From contig JBJTWK010000081.1 of the NCBI GenBank assembly GCA_046081705.1, positions 26,680 through 90,679 on the forward strand: 64,000 bases of DNA, in the 5' to 3' direction. This DNA comes from Actinomycetes bacterium. Lineage in GTDB: Bacteria > Actinomycetota > Acidimicrobiia > IMCC26256. Below, piece by piece: positions 36,004 to 45,615 of this stretch. Position 1 is the stretch's first letter; every line of letters starts with the position of its first letter. Both the position numbers and the translations under genes were made by a program. A model generated the notes under the pieces. That model was not told where the DNA came from, did not search any database, and saw only the letters and a list, made by a program, of their open reading frames with translations.

Positions 36004-36902
36004 CGGGGACGCCGGCGATCACGTTCGCGATCCCCTACTACGCCGGGATCGACTACCTCCGCCGGGCGATCGCGAGCGTGCAGGCGCAGACCCGAGACGA
36101 CTGGGAGTGCGTGGTCGTCGACGACGCCGGCCCCGAGTCGGCGGCCGCGGCCGTGCTCGCGCTCGGCGACCCGCGGGTGCGCTACGAGCGCAACCCCACG
36201 AACCTGGGACTCGGTGGCAACTGGAACCGCGCCGTCGGGCTCGCCACCGCACCGCTCGTGACCCTCCTCCACGCCGACGACGAGCTGCTCCCGGGCTACG
36301 CGGACGCGGTCGTGCGCGCCCACGCCGCGCACCCCGACGCGTTCGCGGTGTTCACGCGCGCCACCGTGATCGGCCCGGACGGTGCTCCCGTGTTCTCCTT
36401 CCCCGATCGCGTGAAGCGCGTCATCGAGGGGCGGTCGCGCGGCACCACCGTCGTCCACGGCGAGCCCGGGCTCGAGCGGCTGCTCCGCGGCCAGTTCATC
36501 TTCTGCCCGACCCTCTGCTACCGACGGGAGGCGCTCGGTTCGGATCCGTTCTCGACGGAGTGGCGCATGGTGCTCGACCTCGTGCTGCTCGCCGGGTCGC
36601 TGCTCGCCGGCCGACGGTTCATCGGGATCCCCGAGCCGCTCTACGCGTACCGCCGCCACGACGCGAGCCAGACGGCCACCCTCACCGCGTCGACGGAGCG
36701 GTTCGACGAGGAGATCGCGGTCTACGACGAGATCGCCGGCCGGGCCGAGGCGGCCGGGTGGTACCGGGCCGCCGCCACGGCCCGGGCCAAGCGGATCATC
36801 CGACTCCACCTCGCCTACCGGATCGTGGGGGACGCGCTCCACGGCCGGGGTGCAGGCGTCCGCGCGAAGCGGGCCGCGTTCCGACGGGCCGGTCAGGGCT
36901 GA
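36000..36902 (+). CDS. Glycosyltransferase family 2
   Basis: FAIPYY, VVVDDAG, RNPTNLGLGGNWN, LHADDEL. Confidence 0.9.
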   Translation: MTGTPAITFAIPYYAGIDYLRRAIASVQAQTRDDWECVVVDDAGPESAAAAVLALGDPRVRYERNPTNLGLGGNWNRAVGLATAPLVTLLHADDELLPGYADAVVRAHAAHPDAFAVFTRATVIGPDGAPVFSFPDRVKRVIEGRSRGTTVVHGEPGLERLLRGQFIFCPTLCYRREALGSDPFSTEWRMVLDLVLLAGSLLAGRRFIGIPEPLYAYRRHDASQTATLTASTERFDEEIAVYDEIAGRAEAAGWYRAAATARAKRIIRLHLAYRIVGDALHGRGAGVRAKRAAFRRAGQG

Positions 36903-37624
36903 GGCTGCTCCGACAGCGGACGGATCCGGAAGTCGAGCCCGGCGGTCGTGGCGATCACCGCGCGCAGGATGAAGCGGGCCGCGGCGATCGGCTTCGCCGA
37001 GGCCTCACCGGCCTGCCGCTCACGGATGTGGATCGGCGTCTCCACGATCCGGTACCCACCACGCGCGGCCACGAGCGCGGCCTCGAAGGTGTCGCCGAGG
37101 TAGTGCACCGGGTACGAGGCCGCGAACTCACCGAGCAACGGCTCGGCGATGCACCGGAAGCCCGAGGTGGTGTCGTGGATCCGCACGCCGCCCGAGCGAC
37201 GGACGATGCCCGAGAGCACCCGCATGATGAGCCGCCGGGCCCGCCCGACCTCGTACTCGTGGGAGCCCTCGACGAAGCGACTGCCGATGACGAGGTGGGC
37301 CCCGTCGGCGGTCTGCACCTCGAGCAGTCGGCGGATCTCGCTCGGCGGGTGCTGGCCGTCCGCGTCGCACTGCACGACCCGTCGGTACCCGCGGTCGACC
37401 GCGAAGCGGAACCCGCACCGCAGCGCACCGCCGACCCCGAGGTTGATCGGGAGTTGGAGCACCTTGGCCCCCGCCGCCCGCGCCACCTCGGCGGTCGCGT
37501 CGGCCGAGCCGTCGTCGATGACCACGCAGTCGAGCCCGGCCGCGAGCAGGTCGCGCACCACATCGCCCACCGCGCCCGCCTCGTTGTACGCGGGCACGAC
37601 GACGAGCGTGTCCCGGGCACTCAT
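36893..37624 (-). CDS. Polyprenyl-phosphate sugar synthase (DPM1/PpgS-like GT2)
   Basis: VVPAYNEA, VIDDGSAD, NLGVGGALRCG, QCDADGQH, DTTSGFR. Confidence 0.9.
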   Translation of the reverse strand: MSARDTLVVVPAYNEAGAVGDVVRDLLAAGLDCVVIDDGSADATAEVARAAGAKVLQLPINLGVGGALRCGFRFAVDRGYRRVVQCDADGQHPPSEIRRLLEVQTADGAHLVIGSRFVEGSHEYEVGRARRLIMRVLSGIVRRSGGVRIHDTTSGFRCIAEPLLGEFAASYPVHYLGDTFEAALVAARGGYRIVETPIHIRERQAGEASAKPIAAARFILRAVIATTAGLDFRIRPLSEQPQP

Positions 37625-37983
37625 GCGCCGGGTGTGCCCTCGTCGCGCGTCTCGAGCTCGTCGACGCGTTCGCGGAGCAACGCGATCGCCTCGGTGAGGT
37701 CCCGCTGCTGCGCAGTGAGCCCCGAGGCGGTGATCGAGAGCTGGATGCAGATGAGCAGGAGCGTGCCGGTCGCGAGGAGGAGCAGGACCCCGGTCGCCGT
37801 CATGCCGAACCAGTTGGCGATCGGCTCGATGAGGGGCGTGAGGAGCGCGAGGACGATGACGACGAGCGCCAGCAGCACCCAGCCGACCGTGTACCGAACG
37901 GTCAGGAGGCGTCGACGGGCGATGGCGAGCACGAGTGCACCGAGCGCGATCCCCGCCGCGATGATGAGCAGTTCCTGCTTCAC
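37621..37983 (-). CDS. DUF2304 family membrane protein
   Basis: Three TM helices; RRRLLTVRYTVGW; C-terminal QQRDLTEAIALL. Confidence 0.85.
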   Translation of the reverse strand: MKQELLIIAAGIALGALVLAIARRRLLTVRYTVGWVLLALVVIVLALLTPLIEPIANWFGMTATGVLLLLATGTLLLICIQLSITASGLTAQQRDLTEAIALLRERVDELETRDEGTPGA

Positions 37984-38028
37984 GGTGGCGATGCTAGGCC
38001 CGCCGACCGCCCGGTCGGCGCGTCCCGA

Positions 38029-39621
38029 TCACCGGCGCGGCCGCTCCATCCAGTCGTCGCGCAACGGTTCGAGGTTCGGGTTGTAGTACGGGTCGCTGCC
38101 CATCGGGGTCGCCCACCGTTCCCGCATGACCCGTAGCTCGTCAGCCCCGACGTCGGGATCGCGGGTCATCGACTCGAAGTGGTACAGCACCGCGTGGGGC
38201 GTCCAGAGGATCCGGTGGCCGCGGGCCCGGATCTTGAGCGAGAAGTCGACGTCGTTGAAGTTGCCCGCGAGTTCGGGAGTCATACCGCCGACCTCGCTCC
38301 AGACCGACATCTTCACGAGTGCGCAGGCCGCGGTGACCCCGGAGACCTCGCGCTGGCACGCGAGCACCGACGAGGCCCCGAGGTGGTCGGCCGGGTACCC
38401 GAAGTACGCGTGGAACGGATCGCCGTTGTAGACGTGCCCCGCGTGCTGGAGCCGCCCGTCGGCGAAGAGGAGCTTCGCCCCGACCATCGCGACGTCGTCC
38501 TCCTGGATGAGGCCGAGCATCGTCTCGATGAAGTCCGGGCTCTCCACCTCGACGTCGTCGTTGAGCAGGAGCAGCAGATCACCGGTCGCGTGGGCGGCCC
38601 CGAGGTTCACCTTCTCCGAGAAGTTGAAGGGCCGGTCGTACCAGACGAGCACGAGCCGGTCCCCCGCCAGGCGGTCGAGTTCCGCGAGCACCGATGGCGG
38701 CGTCGGACGGTCGACCACGCAGATGATCTCGAGGTTCGTGTAGCGGGCCCGCTCGACGAGGGAACGCACCGCCTCGACGACGAAGCAGCGATCGACGCCC
38801 CACACCCGGCCGCTCGAGCCGCGCGTCGGGATCACCACACTGACGAGCGGCTCCCCGTCGACCACCCGCTCGACCCGGTACACGCCCGGCACGACGCCGT
38901 CGGTCACCGCAGCGCGTCGACCCGTCCGATCGCAGTGGTCCTGCACCGCGCGCCGACCCGCCTCGTAGGCCCACGGCTTGGCCGCCGCGTTGTTGGCCAC
39001 CGAGGCCGGGAGGATCCGCCAGTGGTAGAGGACCTTCGGGATGTGGCGGATCGACCGGGCGCGCTCGGTCACCCGCAGCACGAGGTCGTAGTCCTGGGAC
39101 CCGTCGTAGCCCGGCCGGAACCCGCCGACCTCGAGCACGAGGGTGCGGCGTGCCACCGAGAGGTGCCCGGTGTACATCTGCGACCGGAAGCGCTCCGGCG
39201 ACCAGTCGGGCTTGTAGAACGGATCGACGAAGCGGCCCTCCGGCGTGAGGTAGTCCTCGTCCGAGTAGCAGTAGTCGAGCGCCGGATCGGTGCTCGCGAC
39301 GAGGTCGACCTCGGCGAGCGCGTCCTTGGTGAGCACGTCGTCGTGGTCGAGCAGCGCGACGAACTCACCGGTCGCCAGTTCGAGTGCGTCCTGCGACGCG
39401 GCGATGATGCCACCGTTCGTCGGCCGCTTCACGACCCGGAACCGTCGGTCCTTCGAGGCGTACTCCTCGAGCACGCGCGCGACGTGGGGTTGGGTCGACG
39501 CGTCGTCGACGAGGCAGTGCTCCCAGTCGGTGCAGGTCTGGCGGGCCACCGAGTCGAGGCAGGCCCGGAGCACGTCCTCCGGCGGATCGAAGACGGGAGT
39601 GATGATCGAGTAGCGCGCCAT
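38029..39621 (-). CDS. Double-domain glycosyltransferase family 2
   Basis: Two GT-A domains: LVDDAS...LDHDD...YKPDWSPE, then VVIPT...FNFS...LLNDD...VTAACALV...FNDVDFSL. Confidence 0.92.
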   Translation of the reverse strand: MARYSIITPVFDPPEDVLRACLDSVARQTCTDWEHCLVDDASTQPHVARVLEEYASKDRRFRVVKRPTNGGIIAASQDALELATGEFVALLDHDDVLTKDALAEVDLVASTDPALDYCYSDEDYLTPEGRFVDPFYKPDWSPERFRSQMYTGHLSVARRTLVLEVGGFRPGYDGSQDYDLVLRVTERARSIRHIPKVLYHWRILPASVANNAAAKPWAYEAGRRAVQDHCDRTGRRAAVTDGVVPGVYRVERVVDGEPLVSVVIPTRGSSGRVWGVDRCFVVEAVRSLVERARYTNLEIICVVDRPTPPSVLAELDRLAGDRLVLVWYDRPFNFSEKVNLGAAHATGDLLLLLNDDVEVESPDFIETMLGLIQEDDVAMVGAKLLFADGRLQHAGHVYNGDPFHAYFGYPADHLGASSVLACQREVSGVTAACALVKMSVWSEVGGMTPELAGNFNDVDFSLKIRARGHRILWTPHAVLYHFESMTRDPDVGADELRVMRERWATPMGSDPYYNPNLEPLRDDWMERPRR

Positions 39622-39633
39622 GGTTCGCCGACC

Positions 39634-39933
39634 TCAGGCGCCGCGCAGGATGCCCTTGATACGGCGGAGCGGCGCCTTGAGCCGCGCCTTGAGCCACTTC
39701 GAGTTGCGCTCGGCCCGGTCCAGCCGGCCCTCGAGGATCTTCACCTGCCCCCGGAGCTCGCCGGCGGCCATCTCTGCGCCGAAGGCCGCGTCGCGGGCGG
39801 CCCAGAGGTCGACCCGCAACTGCTGGTACGCGGCCTCGTCGGGCCCGACGAGTGCCCGCAGGCGCTCGACCTCCGCCCGCAGGGCGTCGACGTCGTTCGG
39901 GATCGAGGTCTCGGAGGGGTTCGGCATGGCCAT
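39634..39933 (-). CDS. Small coiled-coil hypothetical protein linked to the GT cluster
   Basis: GAAGGA RBS; LRAEVERLRAL...RDAAFGAEMAAGELRGQVKILEGRL. Confidence 0.65.
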   Translation of the reverse strand: MAMPNPSETSIPNDVDALRAEVERLRALVGPDEAAYQQLRVDLWAARDAAFGAEMAAGELRGQVKILEGRLDRAERNSKWLKARLKAPLRRIKGILRGA

Positions 39934-39992
39934 CCTTCACGTCGGGCCGCGGTCCCCAACGCTAGCGCCCTACCCGCCGGGCGAGGTGCGGC

Positions 39993-40484
39993 TCAGTCGT
40001 GCGGGCCCGCCAGGTGGCGTTCCCGGGCCTCGTCGATGGTGCGCACGGCGATGTCGGCACCCTCCCAGCCCCCGACCTCGGTCGACTTGCCCGGTTCGAC
40101 GTCCTTGTAGACCGTGAAGAAGTGCGCGATCTCCTCGAGGAGGAGCGGCTCGACGTCCGCGATGTCGACGATGCGGGCCACGCGCGGGTCCCGGGCCGGG
40201 ACGCACAGGATCTTGGCGTCGGGTCCGGCCTCGTCGCGCATCCAGAAGACCCCGACGGCCCGCACCCGCACCCGACAACCCGGGAAGGTCGGTTCGTCGA
40301 GCAGCACGAGCGCGTCGAGCGGGTCACCGTCCTCGCCGAGCGTGTCGGGGAGGAACCCGTAGTCCGCCGGGTACTGGGTCGCGGTGAACAGCATACGGTC
40401 GAGGAAGATCTCGCCCGTCTCGTGGTCCATCTCGAACTTGTTGCGGGACCCCTTGGGGATCTCGACCACCATCGTGTGCTCCAT
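39993..40484 (-). CDS. ppa: Inorganic pyrophosphatase (family I)
   Basis: EIPKGSRNK, YPADYG, DGDPLD, DAK, HFFTVYKDVE. Confidence 0.96.
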   Translation of the reverse strand: MEHTMVVEIPKGSRNKFEMDHETGEIFLDRMLFTATQYPADYGFLPDTLGEDGDPLDALVLLDEPTFPGCRVRVRAVGVFWMRDEAGPDAKILCVPARDPRVARIVDIADVEPLLLEEIAHFFTVYKDVEPGKSTEVGGWEGADIAVRTIDEARERHLAGPHD

Positions 40485-40543
40485 ACCCCCGAGTATGCCC
40501 GGCGATGACGCGACGGCGCCCGCGGATCGGGCAGGCTGCTCCG

Positions 40544-41902
40544 ATGGGTCGGGACGCCGCGGGGGTCGAGGTGGTCACCGCCGCCGATTCGGAGCTCGAT
40601 CAGGCGCTCGCCGCCGGCGGGCTCACCGCGGCCGGTCTCCGGGAGGGCGACCGCGTCGCGCTCATCGCCGGGTCCTCGGCGGCGTACCTCGCGGTCGCCC
40701 TCGGGGCGCTGCGCGTCGGCGTCGTGCCGGTCCTGCTCCACCCTGCGCTCACCGCCGACGAGCAAGGACTGCTCCTCGACGACGCCGCCCCGGCGCTCGT
40801 GCTCCGAGGCGAGGAGGTCCCCGCCTTCGTCGACGCCGCACGTGACGCCCGCACGGCGGTCGACCTCGCGGCGTTCCCCCGGAGTCGACCCATGCTCTAC
40901 ACCTCGGGCACGACCGGCACACCGAAGGGCGTGTGGACGGGACTGCTGTCGGACGCGGACGCGGCGGCACTCGCGCTCGACGAGCGGGGCACCTGGGACT
41001 TCTCGGCCGACGACGTCCACATCGTCGCGTCGCCGCTGCACCACTCCGCACCCATGCGGTTCGCCGGGGGTGTGCTGCTCGCTGGCGGGACCGTCGTGAT
41101 CCCCGGACCGTTCGACGCCGCGACCTTCACCGCCGCGGTGGCCGAGCACCGCCCGACGAACGCCTTCCTCGTGCCCGCACACCTCCAACGCCTGCTCGCC
41201 CACGCCGACGCCACCGGCGCGACGCTCCCCTTCGCATCGTTCCGACGCGTCGCCCACGCGGGCTCGGCCTGTCCGGAGCCACTCAAGCGCCGTGCCCTCG
41301 ACGCCTTCCCCGCCGGGAGCCTGTGGGAGTTCTACGGGTCGACCGAGGGGCAGTTCACGGTCTGCCCTCCCGACGAGTGGCTGGCCCACCCCGGCACCGT
41401 CGGTCGGGCCCGGCCCGGGCGCACCCTCGCCATCGACGAGGACGACCTCATCTGGTGCCGAGTGCCCCCGTTCGCGCGCTTCGAGTACTGGCGCGATCCC
41501 GAGCGCACGGTGGCCGCGTGGCGCGACGACGCGTTCAGCGTCTTCGACATCGGCAGCCTCGGTCCGGAGGGTCACCTGTTCCTCGACGGTCGCCGCGACG
41601 ACCTCGTCATCACCGGCGGCGTGAACGTCTATCCGCTCGAGGTCGAACGCGCGTTGCTGCTCATCCCCGGCGTGCTCGACGTCTCGGTCTTCGGCGTCCC
41701 CGACGAACGGTGGGGCGACCGTGTGTGCGCGGCGATCGTCGGTCCGGTCGACGACGCCACCCTCGACGCGTGGGCCCGCGAGCACCTCGCGCCACACAAA
41801 CGGCCGAAGGAGTACGTGCACGTCGACGCGATCCCGACGAACACCATGGGCAAGGTCCGGAGGTCGCGTCTCGCCGCCGACCTCGGGCTCGCCGCCCCGT
41901 GA
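40544..41902 (+). CDS. Acyl-CoA synthetase / AMP-binding enzyme
   Basis: YTSGTTGTPKG, EFYGSTEG, GRRDDLVITGGVNVYP, GKV. Confidence 0.92.
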   Translation: MGRDAAGVEVVTAADSELDQALAAGGLTAAGLREGDRVALIAGSSAAYLAVALGALRVGVVPVLLHPALTADEQGLLLDDAAPALVLRGEEVPAFVDAARDARTAVDLAAFPRSRPMLYTSGTTGTPKGVWTGLLSDADAAALALDERGTWDFSADDVHIVASPLHHSAPMRFAGGVLLAGGTVVIPGPFDAATFTAAVAEHRPTNAFLVPAHLQRLLAHADATGATLPFASFRRVAHAGSACPEPLKRRALDAFPAGSLWEFYGSTEGQFTVCPPDEWLAHPGTVGRARPGRTLAIDEDDLIWCRVPPFARFEYWRDPERTVAAWRDDAFSVFDIGSLGPEGHLFLDGRRDDLVITGGVNVYPLEVERALLLIPGVLDVSVFGVPDERWGDRVCAAIVGPVDDATLDAWAREHLAPHKRPKEYVHVDAIPTNTMGKVRRSRLAADLGLAAP

Positions 41903-41905
41903 CGC

Positions 41906-42940
41906 TCAGGCTCGACGCCACCGGAGCGTGACCTCGGGATCGGCCTCGACCTCGGCGAGCACGGCTGCGCCGCGCGCCGGGTCGATGCCCAGGACCTCGT
42001 CGAGGAAGCCGGCGGCGATCCGGGCCTGGAGCGCGACCGCCGCCCGCCACGGTCGCATCCCCGCCTCCCGCGTGTCGGCCGCGGTGTCCTCGAGGTAGTC
42101 CCGCAGGTTCTGCGGCAGGTCGGGGACGCGGGGCGCGAGTTCGGCGTACAACCCGACGTCGCTGCACGCCTGGTGCGCCGCGTCGGCCACGTCGATCCGC
42201 ACGGTGTCCGGGGTGTCGAGCAGGGCCCACGGACGATCCGCGTCGACCGCCGGCGGGGTGGTGGCGTCGCGAGCGGCCACCGACAGCATCGTCGGTACCC
42301 CGACCCGGGCGAGGTCGGCGTCGGTGAGCGCGCGCGTGTACGCCTGCAACCCCACGACCGCGCGCACGCGCCCGTCCGGCTCCCCGAACGCCCCCGCCGC
42401 GAGCCCGAGCGCGGTGTAGCCGCCGTACGAGTGGCCGGAGACCGCGACGCGCTCCGGGTCGATCGCCGCCCGCACCGCGTCGGGGACCCCGGCCTCGAGC
42501 CCGAGCGCCGCGTCGAGCAGCAGCCGGGCGTCGTCGACCCGCTGGCGTTCGTTCGTCGCATCGTCGACCGCGATCTCGAGCGCGAAGTCGATGAGGGTGT
42601 CGCCCGGGTGGTCGGCCGAGATCACGACGCAGCCGATCGCCGCGAGCGCCTCGCACAGGAGGGTGTACGCGATGCGGGTACCGGTGCGGCCGTGGGAGAA
42701 CAGGACGAGGGGCGCCCGGCCCGGTGCCGGCGGAGCGTCGTGGGCACCCGCGCTCACGAACCCCGTCCCCGGCAGGAGCTCGTAGACCGTCGGTGCGACC
42801 GCGGCGGCCGGCTCGATCGGGTACCAGCACTCCACCGGCAGCAGGCGATCGCCGCGGGCGCCGTCGACCACCAGGCCGCTCGCCCGACCGACCGGAGGTG
42901 AACCCGCGAGGAGCGGCGCCCCCGCGTGCAGGTCGCTCAC
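41906..42940 (-). CDS. Alpha/beta hydrolase (PAF-acetylhydrolase/chlorophyllase-like)
   Basis: LVLFSHG, DHPG, GHSYGG nucleophile elbow, AAHQACSD. Confidence 0.85.
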   Translation of the reverse strand: MSDLHAGAPLLAGSPPVGRASGLVVDGARGDRLLPVECWYPIEPAAAVAPTVYELLPGTGFVSAGAHDAPPAPGRAPLVLFSHGRTGTRIAYTLLCEALAAIGCVVISADHPGDTLIDFALEIAVDDATNERQRVDDARLLLDAALGLEAGVPDAVRAAIDPERVAVSGHSYGGYTALGLAAGAFGEPDGRVRAVVGLQAYTRALTDADLARVGVPTMLSVAARDATTPPAVDADRPWALLDTPDTVRIDVADAAHQACSDVGLYAELAPRVPDLPQNLRDYLEDTAADTREAGMRPWRAAVALQARIAAGFLDEVLGIDPARGAAVLAEVEADPEVTLRWRRA

Positions 42941-44169
42941 GCGTCGGTCTCGACGATGAAGGACACCGCGGTCGTCGCGCTCCCGCCGATGTTCAACGTG
43001 CCCGCCCGCCGCGCGCCCGCCACCTGGTACTCCCCGGCGGTGCCGCGCACCTGCCGGAACCCGTCGAGGAGCATCCGCACCCCGCTCGCACCGACCGGGT
43101 GGCCGACGCCGACGAGGCCCCCGCTCGGGTTCACCGGATGGGGTCCGTCGATGAGCGTCGCCCCGTCCTCGACCGCCTTCCACGACTCCCCCGGCGCGGT
43201 GATGCCGAGATGGTCGATCGCCATGTAGTGCGTGGTGGTGAAGCAGTCGTGGACCTCGAACGCGTCGACCGCGCCGACGTCGGGGATCCCGGCCCGCGCG
43301 AACGCATCGGTGACGGTGGCCCGCACGTGCGGGAGCACGTACTCGGCATCGGCGGAGGCCGCGAGCTTCGCCGGCAGCGTCATGCGGCCGGTGCGGTGGC
43401 CCCAGCCGCTGATGCGCGGGACCGCATCCGCCGCGACACCGCGACGCTCGGCCCAGCGCGCCGCGTACTCCGGCGACGCCAGCACGAGCGCGGCGGCTCC
43501 GTCGGTGATCTGCGAGCAGTCGTGCCGCCGCAACCGCCCGACCACCACCGGGTTCGCGCGGTCGTCCGGTTCGAACGACTCCTCACCGAGCTCCCACACC
43601 CGGGTCTGGGCGCGCGGGTTGCGCCGGGCGGCTTCGAACGACGAGCGTCCGAGCATCGCCAGATGACGATCGTCGAGGCCGTATCGCTTGTCGTACTCGT
43701 CGCCGAGCGATGCGAACACCGTCGGCCAGACCATCGGCACACCGTCGGTCTCGTACGGCACCCAGGCGGCTGCGCCGAGGTTGGACACCGCCTGCGCGCT
43801 CGGGACGTTGCGCATCATCTCGACCCCGACGACGAGGGCCGTGTCGTAGCGCCCGGCCTCGAGGTCGGCCATCGCCGCGAGCAGCGCCGTGCTCCCCGAC
43901 GCGCAGGCGGCCTCGTGCCGTGAGGTCGCCAGACCGTCGAAGGCCGGATCGGCCTCCACGAGCAACGGCCCGAGGTGACCCTGACCCGTGAAGATCTCGC
44001 CCGCGAAGTTGCCGACGTGCCCGACACCGATCTCCCCGGCGTCCACCCGCGCGTCGACGAGTGCGTCCTGCACCACCTCGCGGATCATCGCCGCGAGATC
44101 GAGACCCTCCCGGGTCCAGTTCCGGAGGAAGTCGGTCTGGGCGCCGCCGAGGATGCGGACGTCGCTCAC
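42937..44169 (-). CDS. SCP2-type thiolase family protein
   Basis: RHEAACASGS, DCSQITDGAAA, EVHDCF, NPSGGL..GHP.GASG. Confidence 0.9.
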   Translation of the reverse strand: MSDVRILGGAQTDFLRNWTREGLDLAAMIREVVQDALVDARVDAGEIGVGHVGNFAGEIFTGQGHLGPLLVEADPAFDGLATSRHEAACASGSTALLAAMADLEAGRYDTALVVGVEMMRNVPSAQAVSNLGAAAWVPYETDGVPMVWPTVFASLGDEYDKRYGLDDRHLAMLGRSSFEAARRNPRAQTRVWELGEESFEPDDRANPVVVGRLRRHDCSQITDGAAALVLASPEYAARWAERRGVAADAVPRISGWGHRTGRMTLPAKLAASADAEYVLPHVRATVTDAFARAGIPDVGAVDAFEVHDCFTTTHYMAIDHLGITAPGESWKAVEDGATLIDGPHPVNPSGGLVGVGHPVGASGVRMLLDGFRQVRGTAGEYQVAGARRAGTLNIGGSATTAVSFIVETDA

Positions 44170-45578
44170 CCGAGCTCCTCGGCCCCGACCCACCACGAGT
44201 GGTACCCGATCGGGACCCGCTGCGGGATCACGACTCGCCCCACCGGACCCGCGGCCACGTCTTGGGCGTCCACGATGATGCACTCCGAGGAACCGTCGCG
44301 CGCGTCGGCCACGAACGTCAGGACGTAGCCGTCGTCCTCGCTGCGTGCACCCACGCGGGGGGCGAACACGGTCTCGCCCCCGAAGCGGCCCTCGCCGTAG
44401 CCGTGGTGGACGGAGTCCCCGGTGGCCGTGTCGTACTTGACGAAGCCGTCGAAGAGCAGCGCCGGTGCCTCGGCGATGCGGGGCGCGTACGCGTGACGCG
44501 TCGGCCGCCCGAGGGACCGGTTGTCCATGCGGGGGAACTCGGTCATCACGTCGTCGAGCACGCGCTCGCGCACCGTTCCGGTCGTGAGGTCGAAGCGCCA
44601 CTCGTGGAGGTACGGCTCGAGCCGCAGGACGTCGATCCGCGGCACTGCGTCCGCGTCGTCGACGCGGGCGAGCGGGTCCGCGATGCGACACCCGACGAGC
44701 ACGATCTCGTCGCCCGATTCCCACGCGTTGATCGTGTGGTACATGTAGCAACTCGACGCCTCGAACCACCGAACGGTCGTGCCGTCACCGTGGCGCGGGA
44801 TGATCCCGAAGCGCGCCGGCAGACCGCGGTCGAACATCACCTTCGTACGACCGCGCGCCAGGTGCTCCGGATCCCACATGAGCGGGAAGTCGCACAGGAT
44901 CGTGTGGCGCTCGGTGATCGCGATGTCGTGGAGCAGGCGCGGGCCATCGAGTTCGATGTCGGTGTGGTGGGCGAGGCGGCCGTCCCGGCCGACGACGCCG
45001 TAGGTGAGGTACGGCGGGACCACGTCGAAGTCGAAGACCATCATCTCGCCGGTGATCGGATCGACCTTCGGGTGGGCCGACAGCGCGGCGAGCGTGCCGT
45101 GGAAGTCGAAGCGGCCGTTCGTCTCGAGGGACGGCAGGGCCACGTCGTAGCAGGGGCCGCCGAGCCACCAGAGGGCGAGCAGGCGCCCCGCGTGGAACAC
45201 GAGGTCGGTGTTCGCCGTGTCCTTGAACGGACCGCCCGGATGCGAGAAGTCGGGTCGTTCGTTGATCCCGCTCCACACCGCCTCGCCCGCGGCGTCCTCG
45301 ATCGCGAAGGCCTCGGTCCGGACCCACCGGTTCCGGTAGTGCGCGCGGCCGTCCTCGAAGTGGAGCGCGTGGAGCATGCCGTCGCCGTCGAACCAGTGGT
45401 AGCGGCCCCGGGGTTCGTGGCGCGGGTTCGAACCGTTGCGGACGTACACGCCGGCGAGGTCGGTCGGCACCTCGCCGATGACCTCGCAGCCCATCGCCTC
45501 GATCTCGCGGTCCACCGGCGCGAACGCGCCCTCGAGGTAGATGCTCCGGTCCGCCGGACGTTCGTCGATCGCAGTCAT
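44166..45578 (-). CDS. Carotenoid oxygenase / lignostilbene dioxygenase family
   Basis: YLEGAFAP, HWFDGDGMLH, SAHPKVDP, LLHD, YMYH, EFPR, GETVFAPR, VPIGYH (four Fe-binding His). Confidence 0.93.
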   Translation of the reverse strand: MTAIDERPADRSIYLEGAFAPVDREIEAMGCEVIGEVPTDLAGVYVRNGSNPRHEPRGRYHWFDGDGMLHALHFEDGRAHYRNRWVRTEAFAIEDAAGEAVWSGINERPDFSHPGGPFKDTANTDLVFHAGRLLALWWLGGPCYDVALPSLETNGRFDFHGTLAALSAHPKVDPITGEMMVFDFDVVPPYLTYGVVGRDGRLAHHTDIELDGPRLLHDIAITERHTILCDFPLMWDPEHLARGRTKVMFDRGLPARFGIIPRHGDGTTVRWFEASSCYMYHTINAWESGDEIVLVGCRIADPLARVDDADAVPRIDVLRLEPYLHEWRFDLTTGTVRERVLDDVMTEFPRMDNRSLGRPTRHAYAPRIAEAPALLFDGFVKYDTATGDSVHHGYGEGRFGGETVFAPRVGARSEDDGYVLTFVADARDGSSECIIVDAQDVAAGPVGRVVIPQRVPIGYHSWWVGAEELG

Positions 45579-45615
45579 GGGCCCTCCCCCGCCGGTGCGG
45601 GCGAGCCTAGAGGGG

